Below are positions 1-15,000 of a DNA stretch of 64,000 nt, one piece after another. The position numbers and the translations under genes are program-made. Below the pieces are notes generated by a model. It was not told where the DNA came from and did no database searches. It saw nothing but the letters and a program-made list of their open reading frames with translations. The number at the start of each line of letters is the position of its first letter. Within the stretch, counting starts at the first letter, position 1. The DNA is from Eledone cirrhosa (Eukaryota), in the NCBI GenBank assembly GCA_964016885.1, contig OZ024740.1:426250001-426314000 (forward strand). The letters are read 5' to 3'.

Positions 1-3000
1 TAGAAAGATAAAGACACATGTTATATTACATGAGAGGCGTGGGAGGGATTGATGGTTTGTTTTAAAGATAAAGACACATGTTATATTACATGAGAGAAAT
101 GGGAAGGATTGATGGTTTGGTAGAAAGATAAAGACACATGTTATATTAGATTAGAGAATTGGAAGGGATTGATGGTTTGGTAGAAAGATGAAGACACATG
201 TTATATTAGATGAGAGAAATGGGAAGGATTGATGGTTTCGTAGAAAGATAAAGATACATGTTATATTAGATGAGAGAATTGGGAGGGATTGATGGTTTGG
301 TAGAAAGATAAAGACACATGTTATATTAGATGAGAGAAATGGGAAGGATTGATGCTTTGGTAGCAAGATAAAGACACATGTTATTTTTGATGAGAGAATT
401 GGGTGGGATTGATGGTTTGGTAGAAAGTTAAAGACACATGTTATATTACATGAGAGAAATGGGAAGGATTGATGGTTTGGTAGAAAGATAAAGACACATG
501 TTATATTACATGAGAGAAATGGGAGGGATTGATGGTTTGGTAGAAAGATAAAGACACATGTTATATTAGATGAGAGAATTGGGAGGGATTGATGGTTTAG
601 TAGAAAGATAAAGACACATGTTATATTAGATGAGAGAAATGAGAAGGATTGATGGTTTGGTAGAAAGATAAATACACATGTTATATTAGATGAGAGAATT
701 GGGAAGAAGTGATGCTTTGGTAGAAAGATAAAGACACATGTTATATTACATGAGAGAAATGGGAGGGATTGATGGTTTGGTAGAAAGATAAAGACACATG
801 TTATATTAGATGAGAGAAATGGGAAGGATTGATGGTTTGGTAGAAAGATAAAGACACATGTTATATTAGATGAGATAATTGGGAGGGATTGATGGCTTGG
901 TTGAAAGATAAAGACACATGTTATATTAGATGAGATAATTGGGAGGGATTGATGGTTTAGTAGAAAGATAAAGACACATGTTATATTAGATGAGATAATT
1001 GGGAGGGATTGATGGCTTGGTTGAAAGATAAAGACACATGTTATATTAGATGAGATAATTAGGAGGATTGATGGTTTGGTAGAAAGATAAAGACTCATGT
1101 TATATTAGATGAGAGAAATGGGAAGGATTGATGGTTTAGTAGAAAGATAAAGACACATGTTGTATTAGATGAGATAATTGGGAGAGATTGATGGTTTGGT
1201 AGAAAGATAAAGACACATGTTATATTACATGAGAGAAATGGGAAGGATTGATGGTTTGGTAGAAAGATAAAGACACATGTTATATTACATGAGAGGCGTG
1301 GGAGGGATTGATGGTTTGGTAGAAAGATAAAGACACATGTTATATTAGATGAGAGAATTGGGAGGGATTGATGGTTTGGTAGAAAGATAAAGACACATGT
1401 TATATTTGATGAGAGAATTGGGAAGGATTGATGGTTTGGTAGAAAGATAAAGACACGTGTTATATTAGATGAGATGCATGGGAAGGATTGATGGTTTGGT
1501 AGAAAGATAAAGACACATGTTATATTACATGAGAGAAATGGGAAGGATTGATGGTTTGGTAGAAAGATAAAGACACATGTTATATTACATGAGAGGCGTG
1601 GGAGGGATTGATGGTTTGGTAGAAAGATAAAGACACATGTTATATTAGATGAGAGAATTGGGAGGGATTGATGGTTTGGTAGAAAGATAAAGACACATGT
1701 TATATTAGATGAGAGAATTGAGAGGGATTGATGATTTGGTAGAAAGATAAAGACACATGTTATATTAGATGAGAGAATTGGGAGGGATTGATGGTTTGGT
1801 AGAAAGATAAAGACACATGTTATATTAGATGAGAGAAATGAGAAGGATTGATGGTTTGGTAGAAAGATAAATACACATGTTATATTAGATGAGAGAATTG
1901 GGAAGAAGTGATGCTTTGGTAGAAAGATAAAGACACATGTTATATTACATGAGAGAAATGGGAGGGATTGATGGTTTGGTAGAAAGATAAAGACACATGT
2001 TATATTAGATGAGAGAAATGGGAAGGATTGATGGTTTGGTAGAAAGATAAAGACACATGTTATATTAAATGAGAGGCGTGGGAGGGATTGATGGTTTGGT
2101 AGAAAGATAAAGACACATGTTATATTAGATGAGAGAATTGGGAGGGATTGATGGTTTGGTAGAAAGATAAAGACTCATGTTATATTAGATGAGTGAAATG
2201 GGAAGGATTGATGGTTTAGTAGAAAGATAAAGACACATGTTGTATTAGATGAGATAATTGGGAGAGATTGATGGTTTGGTAGAAAGATAAAACACATGTT
2301 ATATTACATGAGAGAAATGGGAAGGATTGATGGTTTGGTAGAAAGATAAAGACACATGTTATATTACATGAGAGGCGTGGGAGGGATTGATGGTTTGGTA
2401 GAAAGATAAAGACACATGTTATATTAGATGAGAGAATTGGGAGGGATTGATGGTTTGGTAGAAAGATAAAGACACATGTTATATTTGATGAGAGAATTGG
2501 GAAGGATTGATGGTTTGGTAGAAAGATAAAGACACGTGTTATATTAGATGAGATGCATGGGAAGGATTGATGGTTTGGTAGAAAGATAAAGACACATGTT
2601 ATATTACATGAGAGAAATGGGAAGGATTGATGGTTTGGTAGAAAGATAAAGACACATGTTATATTACATGAGAGGCGTGGGAGGGATTGATGGTTTGGTA
2701 GAAAGATAAAGACACATGTTATATTAGATGAGAGAATTGGGAGGGATTGATGGTTTGGTAGAAAGATAAAGACACATGTTATATTAGATGAGAGAATTGA
2801 GAGGGATTGATGATTTGGTAGAAAGATAAAGACACATGTTATATTAGATGAGAGAATTGGGAGGGATTGATGGTTTGGTAGAAAGATAAAGACACATGTT
2901 ATATTAGATGAGAGAAATGAGAAGGATTGATGGTTTGGTAGAAAGATAAATACACATGTTATATTAGATGAGAGAATTGGGAAGAAGTGATGCTTTGGTA

Positions 3001-6000
3001 GAAAGATAAAGACACATGTTATATTACATGAGAGAAATGGGAGGGATTGATGGTTTGGTAGAAAGATAAAGACACATGTTATATTAGATGAGAGAAATGG
3101 GAAGGATTGATGGTTTGGTAGAAAGATAAAGACACATGTTATATTAAATGAGAGGCGTGGGAGGGACTGATGGTTTGGTAGAAAGATAAAGACACATGTT
3201 ATATTACATGAGAGAATTGGGAGGGATTGATGGTTTAGTAGAAAGATAAAGACACATGTTATATTAGATGAGATAATTGGGAGGGATTGATGGCTTGGTT
3301 GAAAGATAAAGACACATGTTATATTAGATGAGATAATTGGGAGGATTGATGGTTTGGTAGAAAGATAAAGACACATGTTATATTAGATGAGAGAAATGGG
3401 AAGGATTGATGGTTTAGTAGAAAGATAAAGACACATGTTGTATTAGATGAGATAATTGGGAGAGATTGATGGTTTGGTAGAAAGATAAAGACACATGTTA
3501 TATTACATGAGAGAAATGGGAAGGATTGATGGTTTGGTAGAAAGATAAAGACACATGATATATTAGATGAGATAATTGGGAGGATTGATGGTTTGGTAGA
3601 AAGATAAAGACATGTTATATTTGATGAGAGAATTGGGAAGGATTGATGGTTTGGTAGAAAGATAAAGACACATGTTATATTACATGAGAGAAATGCGAAG
3701 GATTGATGGTTTGGTAGAAAGATAAAGACACATGACATATTAGCTGAGAGAATTGGGAAGGATTGGTGGTTTGGTAGAAAGATAAAGACACATGTTATAT
3801 TACATGAAAGAAATGGGAAGGATTGGTGGTTTGGTAGAAAGATAAAGACACATGTTGTATTAGATGAGATAATTGGGAGAGATTGATGGTTTGGTAGAAA
3901 GATAAAGACACATGTTATATTACATGAGAGAAATGGGAAGGATTGATGGTTTGGTAGAAAGATAAAGACACATGTTATATTACATGAGAGGCGTGGGAGG
4001 GATTGATGGTTTGGTAGAAAGATAAAGACACATGTTATATTAGATGAGAGAATTGGGAGGGATTGATGGTTTGGTAGAAAGATAAAGACACATGTTATAT
4101 TTGATGAGAGAATTGGGAAGGATTGATGGTTTGGTAGAAAGATAAAGACACGTGTTATATTAGATGAGATGCATGGGAAGGATTGATGGTTTGGTAGAAA
4201 GATAAAGACACATGTTATATTACATGAGAGAAATGGGAAGGATTGATGGTTTGGTAGAAAGATAAAGACACATGTTATATTACATGAGAGGCGTGGGAGG
4301 GATTGATGGTTTGGTAGAAAGATAAAGACACATGTTATATTAGATGAGAGAATTGGGAGGGATTGATGGTTTGGTAGAAAGATAAAGACACATGTTATAT
4401 TAGATGAGAGAATTGAGAGGGATTGATGATTTGGTAGAAAGATAAAGACACATGTTATATTAGATGAGAGAATTGGGAGGGATTGATGGTTTGGTAGAAA
4501 GATAAAGACACATGTTATATTAGATGAGAGAAATGAGAAGGATTGATGGTTTGGTAGTAAGATAAATACACATGTTATATTAGATGAGAGAATTGGGAAG
4601 AAGTGATGCTTTGGTAGAAAGATAAAGACACATGTTATATTACATGAGAGAAATGGGAGGGATTGATGGTTTGGTAGAAAGATAAAGACACATGTTATAT
4701 TAGATGAGAGAAATGGGAAGGATTGATGGTTTGGTAGAAAGATAAAGACACATGTTATATTAAATGAGAGGCGTGGGAGGGACTGGTGGTTTGGTAGAAA
4801 GATAAAGACACATGTTATATTACATGAGAGAATTGGGAGGGATTGATGGTTTAGTAGAAAGATAAAGACACATGTTATATTAGATGAGATAATTGGGAGG
4901 GATTGATGGCTTGGTTGAAAGATAAAGACACATGTTATATTAGATGAGATAATTGGGAGGATTGATGGTTTGGTAGAAAGATAAAGACACATGTTATATT
5001 AGATGAGAGAAATGGGAAGGATTGATGGTTTAGTAGAAAGATAAAGACACATGTTGTATTAGATGAGATAATTGGGAGAGATTGATGGTTTGGTAGAAAG
5101 ATAAAGACACATGTTATATTACATGAGAGAAATGGGAAGGATTGATGGTTTGGTAGAAAGATAAAGACACATGATATATTAGATGAGATAATTGGGAGGA
5201 TTGATGGTTTGGTAGAAAGATAAAGACATGTTATATTTGATGAGAGAATTGGGAAGGATTGATGGTTTGGTAGAAAGATAAAGACACATGTTATATTAGA
5301 TGAGATGCATGGGAAGGATTGATGGTTTGGTAGAAAGATAAAGACACATGTTATATTACATGAGAGAATTGGGAGGGATTGATGGTTTGGTAGAAAGATA
5401 AAGACACATGTTATATTACATGAGAGGCGTGGGAGGGATTGATGGTTTGGTAGAAAGATAAAGACACATGTTATATTAGATGAGAGAATTGGGAGGGATT
5501 GATGGTTTGGTAGAAAGATAAAGACACATGTTATATTAGATGAGAGAATTGAGAGGGATTGATGATTTGGTAGAAAGATAAAGACACATGTTATATTAGA
5601 TGAGAGAATTGGGAGGGATTGATGGTTTGATAGAGAGATAAAGACACATGTTATATCAGATGAGAGAATTGGGAGGGATTGATGGTTTGGTAGAAAGATA
5701 AAGACACATGTTATATTAGATGAGAGAAATGGGAGGGATTGATGGTTTGGAAGAAAGATAAAGACACATGTTATATTAGATGAGAGAAATGGGAGAGATT
5801 GATGGTTTGGTAGAAACATAAAACACTGTTACATTAGATGAGAGAAATGGGAAGGATTGATGGTTTGGTAGAAAGATAATGACACATGTTATATTACATG
5901 AGAGGCGTGGGAGGGATTGATGGTTTGGTAGAAAGATAAAGACACATGTTATATTACATGTGAGAAATGGGAAGGATTGATGGTTTGGTAGAAAGATAAA

Positions 6001-9000
6001 GACACATGTTATATTAGATTAGAGAATTGGAAGGGATTGATGGTTTGGTAGAAAGATAAATACACATGTTATATTAGATGAGAGAATTGGGTGGGATTGA
6101 TGGTTTGGTAGAAAGATAAAGACACATGTTATATTACATGAGAGAAATGCGAAGGATTGATGGTTTGGTAGAAAGATAAAGACACATGACATATTAGCTG
6201 AGAGAATTGGGAAGGATTGGTGGTTTGGTAGAAAGATAAAGACACATGTTATATTACATGAAAGAAATGGGAAGGATTGGTGGTTTGGTAGAAAGATAAA
6301 GACACATGTTATATTAGATGAGAGAATTGGGAGGGATTGTTGGTTCAGTAGAAACATAAAGACACATGTCATATTAGATGAGAGAATTGGGAGGGATTGA
6401 TGGTTTGGTAGAAAGATAAAGACACATGTTATATTAGATGAGAGAATTGGGAGGTATTGATGGTTTGGTAGAAAGATAAAGACACATGTTATATTAGATG
6501 AGAGAATTGGGAGGGATTGATGGTTTGGTAGAAAGATAAAGACACATGTTATATTAGATGAGAGAAATGAGAAGGATTGATGGTTTGGTAGAAAGATAAA
6601 GACACATGTTATATTAGATGAGAGAATTGGGAAGGAGTGATGCTTTGGTAGAAAGATAAAGACACATGTTATATTACATGAGAGAAATGGGAGGGATTGA
6701 TGGTTTCGTAGAAAGATAAAGACACATGTTATATTTGATGAGAGTATTGGGTGGGATTGATGATTTGGTAGAAAGATAAAGCCACATGTTATATGAGAGA
6801 AATGGGAAGGATTGATGGTTTGGTAGAAAGATAAAGACACATGATATATTAGATGTGAGAAATGGGAAGGAGTGATGGTTTGGAAGAAAGATAAAGACAC
6901 ATGTTATATTAGCTGAGAGAATTGGGAAGGATTGGTGGTTTGGTAGAAAGATAAAGACACATGTTATATTACATGAAAGAAATGGGAAGGATTGATGGTT
7001 TGGTAGAAAGATAAAGACACATGTTATATTACATGAAAGAAATGGGAAGGATTGGTGGTTTGGTAGAAAGATAAAGACACATGTTATATTAGATGAGAGA
7101 ATTGGGAGGGATTGATGGTTTGGTAGAATGATAAAGACACATGTTATATTAGGTGAGAGAATTGGGAGAGATTGATGGTTTGGTAGAAAGATAAAGACAC
7201 ATGTTATATTAGATGAGAGAATTGGGAGAGATTGATGGTTTGGTAGAAAGATAAAGACACATGTTATATTAGACGAGAGAAATGGGAAGGATTGATGGTT
7301 TGGTAGAAAGATAAAGACACATGTTATATTAGATGAGAGAATTGTGAAGGATTGATGGTTTGGTAGAAAGATAAAAACACTTGTTATATTAGATGAGAGA
7401 ATTGGGAGGGAATGATGGTTTGGTAGAAAGATAAAGACACATCTCATAATAGATGAGAGGCGTGGGAGGGATTGATGGTTTGGTAGAAAGATAAAGACAC
7501 ATGTTATAATAGATGAGAGAATTGGGAGGGATTGATGGTTAGGTAGAAAGATAAAGACACGTGTTATATTAGATGAGAAAATTGGGAGGGATTGATGGTT
7601 TGGTAGAAAGATAAAGACACATGTTATATTAGATGAGAGGCGTGGGAGGGATTGATGGTTTGGTAGAAAGATAAAGACACATGTTATATTACATGAGAGA
7701 AATGGGAAGGATTTGATGGTTTGGAAGAAAGATAAAGACACATTTTATATTAGATGAGAGAATTGGGAGGGATTGGTGGTTTGGTAGAAAGATAAAGACA
7801 CATGTTATATTAGATGAGAGAAATGGGAAGGATTGATGGTTTGGTAGAAAGATAAAAACACATGTTATATTAGATGAGAGAAATGGGAAGGATTGATGGT
7901 TTGGTAGAAAGATAAAGACACATGTTATATTACATTAGAGGCGTGGGAGGGATTGATGGTTTGTTTGAAAGATAAAGACACATGTTATATTACATGAGAG
8001 AAATGGGAAGGATTGATGGTTTGGTAGAAAGATAAAGACACATGTTATATTAGATTAGAGAATTGGAAGGGATTGATGGTTTGGTAGAAAGATGAAGACA
8101 CATGTTATATTAGATGAGAGAAATGGGAAGGATTGATGGTTTCGTAGAAAGATAAAGACACATGTTATATTAGATGAGAGAATTGGGTGGGATTGATGGT
8201 TTGGTACAAAGATAAAGACACATGTTATATTAGATGAGAGAAATGGGAAGAATTGATGCTTTGGTAGCAAGATAAAGACACATGTTATATTTGATGAGAG
8301 AATTGGGTGGGATTTATGGTTTGGTAGAAAGATAAAGACACATGTTATATTACATGAGAGAAATGGGAAGCATTGATGGTTTGGTAGAAAGATAAAGACA
8401 CATGTTATATTAGCTGAGATAATTGGGAAGGATTGGTGGTTTGGTAGAAAGATAAAGACACATGTTATATTACATGAAAGAAATGGGAAGGATTGATGGT
8501 TTGGTAGAAAGATAAAGACACATGTTATATTACATGAAAGAAATGGGAAGGATTGGTGGTTTGGTAGAAAGATATAGACATATGTTATATTACATGAAAG
8601 AAATGGGAAGGATTGGTGGTTTGGTAGAAAGATAAAGACACATGTTATATTAGAGGAGAGAATTGGGAGAGATTGATGGTTTGGTAGAAAGATAAAGACA
8701 CATGTTATATTAGATGAGAGAAATGAGAAGGATTGATGGTTTGGTAGAAAGATAAATACACATGTGATATTAGATCAGAGAATTGGGAAGAAGTGATGCT
8801 TTGGTAGAAAGATAAAGACACATGTTATATTACATGAGAGAAATGGGAGGGATTGATGGTTTGGTAGAAAGATAAAGACACATGTTTTATTAGATGAGAG
8901 AAATGGGATGGATTGATGGTTTGGTAGAAAGATAAAGACACATGTTATATTTGATCAGAGAATTGGGTGGGATTGATGGTTTGGTAGAAAGATAAAGCCA

Positions 9001-12000
9001 CATTTTATATTACATGAGAGAAATGGGAAGGATTGATGGTTTGGTAGAAAGATAAAGACACATGTTATATTAGCTGAGAGAATTGGGAAGGATTGGTGGT
9101 TTGGTAGAAAGATAAAGACACATGTTATATTATATGAAAGAAATGGGAAGGATTGATGGTTTGGTAGAAAGATAAAGACACATGTTATATTACATGAAAG
9201 AAATGAAAGGATTGGTGGTTTGGTAGAAAGATAAAGACACATGTTATATTAGATGAGAGAATTGGGAGGGATTGATGGTTTGGTAGAATGATAAAGACAC
9301 ATGTTATATCAGATGAGAGAATTGGGAGAGATTGATGGTTTGGTAGAAAGATAAAGACACATGTTATATTAAATGAGAGAAATGGGAAGGATTGATGGTT
9401 TGGTAGAAAGATAAAGACACATGTTATATTAGATGAGAGAATTGTGAAGGATTGATGGTTTGGTAGAAAGATAAAAACACTTGTTATATTAGATGAGAGA
9501 ATTGGGAGGGAATGATGGTTTGGTAGAAAGATAAAGACACATGTTATATTACATGTGAGAATTGGGAAGGATTGAAGGTTTGGTAGAAAGATAAAGACAC
9601 ATGTTATACTACATGAGAGGCGTGGGAGGGATTGATGGTTTGTTTTAAAGATAAAGACACATGTTATATTACATGAGAGAAATGGGAAGGATTGATGGTT
9701 TGGTAGAAAGATAAAGACACATGTTATATTAGATTAGAGAATTGGAAGGGATTGATGGTTTGGTAGAAAGATGAAGACACATGTTATATTAGATGAGAGA
9801 AATGGGAAGGATTGATGGTTTCGTAGAAAGATAAAGATACATGTTATATTAGATGAGAGAATTGGGAGGGATTGATGGTTTGGTAGAAAGATAAAGACAC
9901 ATGTTATATTAGATGAGAGAAATGGGAAGGATTGATGCTTTGGTAGCAAGATAAAGACACATGTTATTTTTGATGAGAGAATTGGGTGGAATTGATGGTT
10001 TGGTAGAAAGTTAAAGACACATGTTATATTACATGAGAGAAATGGGAAGGATTGATGGTTTGGTAGAAAGATAAAGACACATGTTATATTACATGAGAGA
10101 AATGGGAGGGATTGATGGTTTGGTAGAAAGATAAAGACACATGTTATATTAGATGAGAGAATTGGGAGGGATTGATGGTTTGGTAGAAAGATAAAGACAC
10201 ATGTTATATTAGATGAGAGAAATGAGAAGGATTGATGGTTTGGTAGAAAGATAAATACACATGTTATATTAGATGAGAGAATTGGGAAGAAGTGATGCTT
10301 TGGTAGAAAGATAAAGACACATGTTATATTACATGAGAGAAATGGGAGGGATTGATGGTTTGGTAGAAAGATAAAGACACATGTTATATTAGATGAGAGA
10401 AATGGGAAGGATTGATGGTTTGGTAGAAAGATAAAGACACATGTTATATTTGATCAGAGAATTGGGTGGGATTGATGGTTTGGTAGAAAGATAAAGCCAC
10501 ATGTTATATTACATGAGAGAAATGGGAAGGATTGATGGTTTGGTAGAAAGATAAAGACACATGTTATATTAGCTGAGAGAATTGGGAAGGATTGGTGGTT
10601 TGGTAGAAAGATAAAGACACATGTTATATTACATGAAAGAAATGGGAAGGATTGGTGGTTTGGTAGAAAGATAAAGACAGATGTTATACTACATGAAAGA
10701 AATGGGAAAGATTGGTGGTTTGGTAGAAAGATAAAGACACATGTTATATTAGATGAGAGAATTGGGAAGGATTGGTGGTTTGGTAGAACGATAAAGACAC
10801 ATGTTATATTAGATGAGAGAATTGGGAGAGATTGATGGTTTGGTCGAAAGATAAAGACACTGTTATATTAGATGAGAGAATTGGGAGAGATTGATGGTTT
10901 GGTAGAAAGATAAAGACACATCTTATAATAGATGAGAGGCGTGGGAGGGATTGATGGTTTGGTAGAAAGATAAAGACACATGTTATATTAGATGAGAGAA
11001 TTGGGAGGGATTGCTGGTTTGGTAGAAAGATAAAGACACATGTTATATTAGATGAGAGGCGTGGGAGGGATTGATGGTTTGGTAGAAAGATAAAGACACA
11101 TGTTATATTACATGAGAGAAATGGGAAGGATTGATGGTTTGGTAGAAAGATAAAGACACATGTTATATTAGATTAGAGAATTGGAAGGGATTGATGGTTT
11201 GGTAGAAAGATAAAGACACATGTTATATTAGATGAGAGAAATGGGAAGGATTGATGGTTTCGTAGAAAGATAAAGACACATGTTATATTACATGAGAGAA
11301 ATGGGAAGGATTGATGGTTTGGTAGAAAGATAAAGACACATGTTATATTTGCTGAGAGAATTGGGTGGGATTGATGGTTTGGTAGAAAGATAAAGACACA
11401 TGTTATATTACATGAGAGAAATGGGAAGGATTGATGGTTTGGTAGAAAGATAAAGACACATGTTATATTAGCTGAGATAATTGGGGAAGGATTGGTGGTT
11501 TGGTAGAAAGATAAAGACACATGTTATATTAGGTGAGAGAATTGAGAGGGATTGATGGTTTGGTAGAAAGATAAAGACACATGTTATATTACATGAAAGA
11601 AATGGGAAGGATTGGTGGTTTGGTAGAAAGATAAAGACACATGTTATATTAGATGAGAGAATTGGGAAGGATTGGTGGTTTGGTAGAAAGATAAAGACAC
11701 ATGTTATATTAGATGAGAGCATTGGGAGGGATTGATGGTTTGGTAGAATGATAAAGACACATGTTATATTAGATGAGAGAATTGGGAGAGATTGATGGTT
11801 TGGTAGAAAGATTAAGACACATGTTATATTAGATGTGAGAATTGGGAGGGATTGATGGTTTGGTAGCAAGTTAAAGACACATGTTATATTAGATGAGAGA
11901 ATTGGGAGGGACTGATGGTTTGGTAGAAAGATAAAGACACATGTTACATTACATGAGAGAATTGGGAGGGATTGATGGTTTGTAGAAAGATAAAAACACA

Positions 12001-15000
12001 TGTTATATTAGATGAGAGAATTGGGAGGGATTGATGGTTTGGTAGAAAGATAAAGACACATATTATATTAGATGATAGAATTGGGAAGGATTGATGGTTT
12101 GGTAGAAAGATAAAGACACATGTTATATTAGATGAGAGAATTGGGAAGGATTGATGGTTTGGTAGAAAGATAAAGACACATGTTATATTAGATGAGATAA
12201 TTGGGAGGGATTGATGGTTTGGTAGAAAGATAAAGACACCTGTTATATTTGATGAGAGAATTGGGAAGGATTGATGGTTTGGTAGAAAGATAAAGACACA
12301 TGTTATATTAGATGAGATGCGTGGGAAGGATTGATGGTTTGGTAGAAAGATAAAGACACATGTTATATTAGATGAGAGAAATGGGAAGGATTGATGGTTT
12401 GGTAGAAAGATAAAGACACATGTTATATTACATGAGAGAAATGGGAAGGATTGATGCTTTGGTAGAAAGATAAAGAGACATGTTATATTAGATGAGAGAA
12501 TTGAGAGGGATTGATGATTTGGTAGAAAGATAAAGACACATGTTATATTACATGAGAGAAATGGGAAGGATTGATGCTTTGGTAGAAAGATAAAAAGACA
12601 TGTTATATTAGATGAGAGAATTGAGAGGGATTGATGATTTGGTAGAAAGATAAAGACACATGTTATATTAGATGTGAGAATTGGGAGGGATTGATGGATT
12701 GGAAGAAATATAAAGACACAAGTTATATTAGATGAGAGAATTGGGAGGGATTGATGGTTTGGTAGAAAGATAAAGACACATGTTATATTAGATGAGAGAA
12801 TTGGGAGGGATTGATGGTTTGGTAGAAAGATAAAGACACATGTTATATTATATGAGAGAAATGGGAAGGAGTGATGGTTTGGAAGAAAGATAAAGACACA
12901 TGTTATATTAGATGAGAGAAATGGGAGAGATTGATGGTTTGCTAGAAAGATAAAGACAATGTTACATTAGATGAGAGAAATGGGAAGGATTGATGGTTTG
13001 GTAGAAAGATAAAGACACATGTTATATTACATGAGAGGCGTGGGAGGGATTGATGGTTTGGTAGAAAGATAAATACACATGTTATATTACATGAGAGAAA
13101 TGGGAAGGATTGATGGTTTGGTAGCAAGATAAAGACACGTGTTATATTAGATGAGAGAATTGGGAGGGACTGATGGTTTGGTAGAAAGATAAAGACACAT
13201 GTTACATTACATGAGAGAATTGGGAGGGATTGATGGTTTAGTAGAAAGATAAAAACACATGTTATATTAGATGAGAGAATTGGGAGGGATTGATGGTTTG
13301 GTAGAAAGATAAAGACACATGTTATATTTGATGAGAGAATTGGGAGGGACTGATGGTTTGGTAGAAATATAAAGACACATGTTACATTACATGAGAGAAT
13401 TGGGAGGGATTGATGGTTTAGTAGAAAGATAAAAACACATGTTATATTAGATGAGAGAATTGGGAGGGATTGATGGTTTGGTAGAAAGATAAAGACACAT
13501 GTTATATTTGATGAGAGAATTGGGAAGGATTGATGGTTTGGTAGAAAGATAAAGACACATGTTATATTAGATGAGAGAAATGGGAAGGATTGATGGTTTG
13601 GTAGAAAGATAAAGACACATGTTATATTAAATGAGAGGCGTGGGAGGGACTGATGGTTTGGTAGAAAGATAAAGACACATGTTATATTACATGAGAGAAT
13701 TGGGAGGGATTGATGGTTTAGTAGAAAGATAAAGACACATGTTATATTAGATGAGATAATTGGGAGGGATTGATGGCTTGGTTGAAAGATAAAGACACAT
13801 GTTATATTAGATGAGATAATTGGGAGGATTGATGGTTTGGTAGAAAGATAAAGACACATGTTATATTAGATGAGAGAAATGGGAAGGATTGATGGTTTAG
13901 TAGAAAGATAAAGACACATGTTGTATTAGATGAGATAATTGGGAGAGATTGATGGTTTGGTAGAAAGATAAAGACACATGTTATATTACATGAGAGAAAT
14001 GGGAAGGATTGATGGTTTGGTAGAAAGATAAAGACACATGATATATTAGATGAGATAATTGGGAGGATTGATGGTTTGGTAGAAAGATAAAGACATGTTA
14101 TATTTGATGAGAGAATTGGGAAGGATTGATGGTTTGGTAGAAAGATAAAGACACATGTTATATTACATGAGAGAAATGCGAAGGATTGATGGTTTGGTAG
14201 AAAGATAAAGACACATGACATATTAGCTGAGAGAATTGGGAAGGATTGGTGGTTTGGTAGAAAGATAAAGACACATGTTATATTACATGAAAGAAATGGG
14301 AAGGATTGGTGGTTTGGTAGAAAGATAAAGACACATGTTGTATTAGATGAGATAATTGGGAGAGATTGATGGTTTGGTAGAAAGATAAAGACACATGTTA
14401 TATTACATGAGAGAAATGGGAAGGATTGATGGTTTGGTAGAAAGATAAAGACACATGTTATATTACATGAGAGGCGTGGGAGGGATTGATGGTTTGGTAG
14501 AAAGATAAAGACACATGTTATATTAGATGAGAGAATTGGGAGGGATTGATGGTTTGGTAGAAAGATAAAGACACATGTTATATTTGATGAGAGAATTGGG
14601 AAGGATTGATGGTTTGGTAGAAAGATAAAGACACGTGTTATATTAGATGAGATGCATGGGAAGGATTGATGGTTTGGTAGAAAGATAAAGACACATGTTA
14701 TATTACATGAGAGAAATGGGAAGGATTGATGGTTTGGTAGAAAGATAAAGACACATGTTATATTACATGAGAGGCGTGGGAGGGATTGATGGTTTGGTAG
14801 AAAGATAAAGACACATGTTATATTAGATGAGAGAATTGGGAGGGATTGATGGTTTGGTAGAAAGATAAAGACACATGTTATATTAGATGAGAGAATTGAG
14901 AGGGATTGATGATTTGGTAGAAAGATAAAGACACATGTTATATTAGATGAGAGAATTGGGAGGGATTGATGGTTTGGTAGAAAGATAAAGACACATGTTA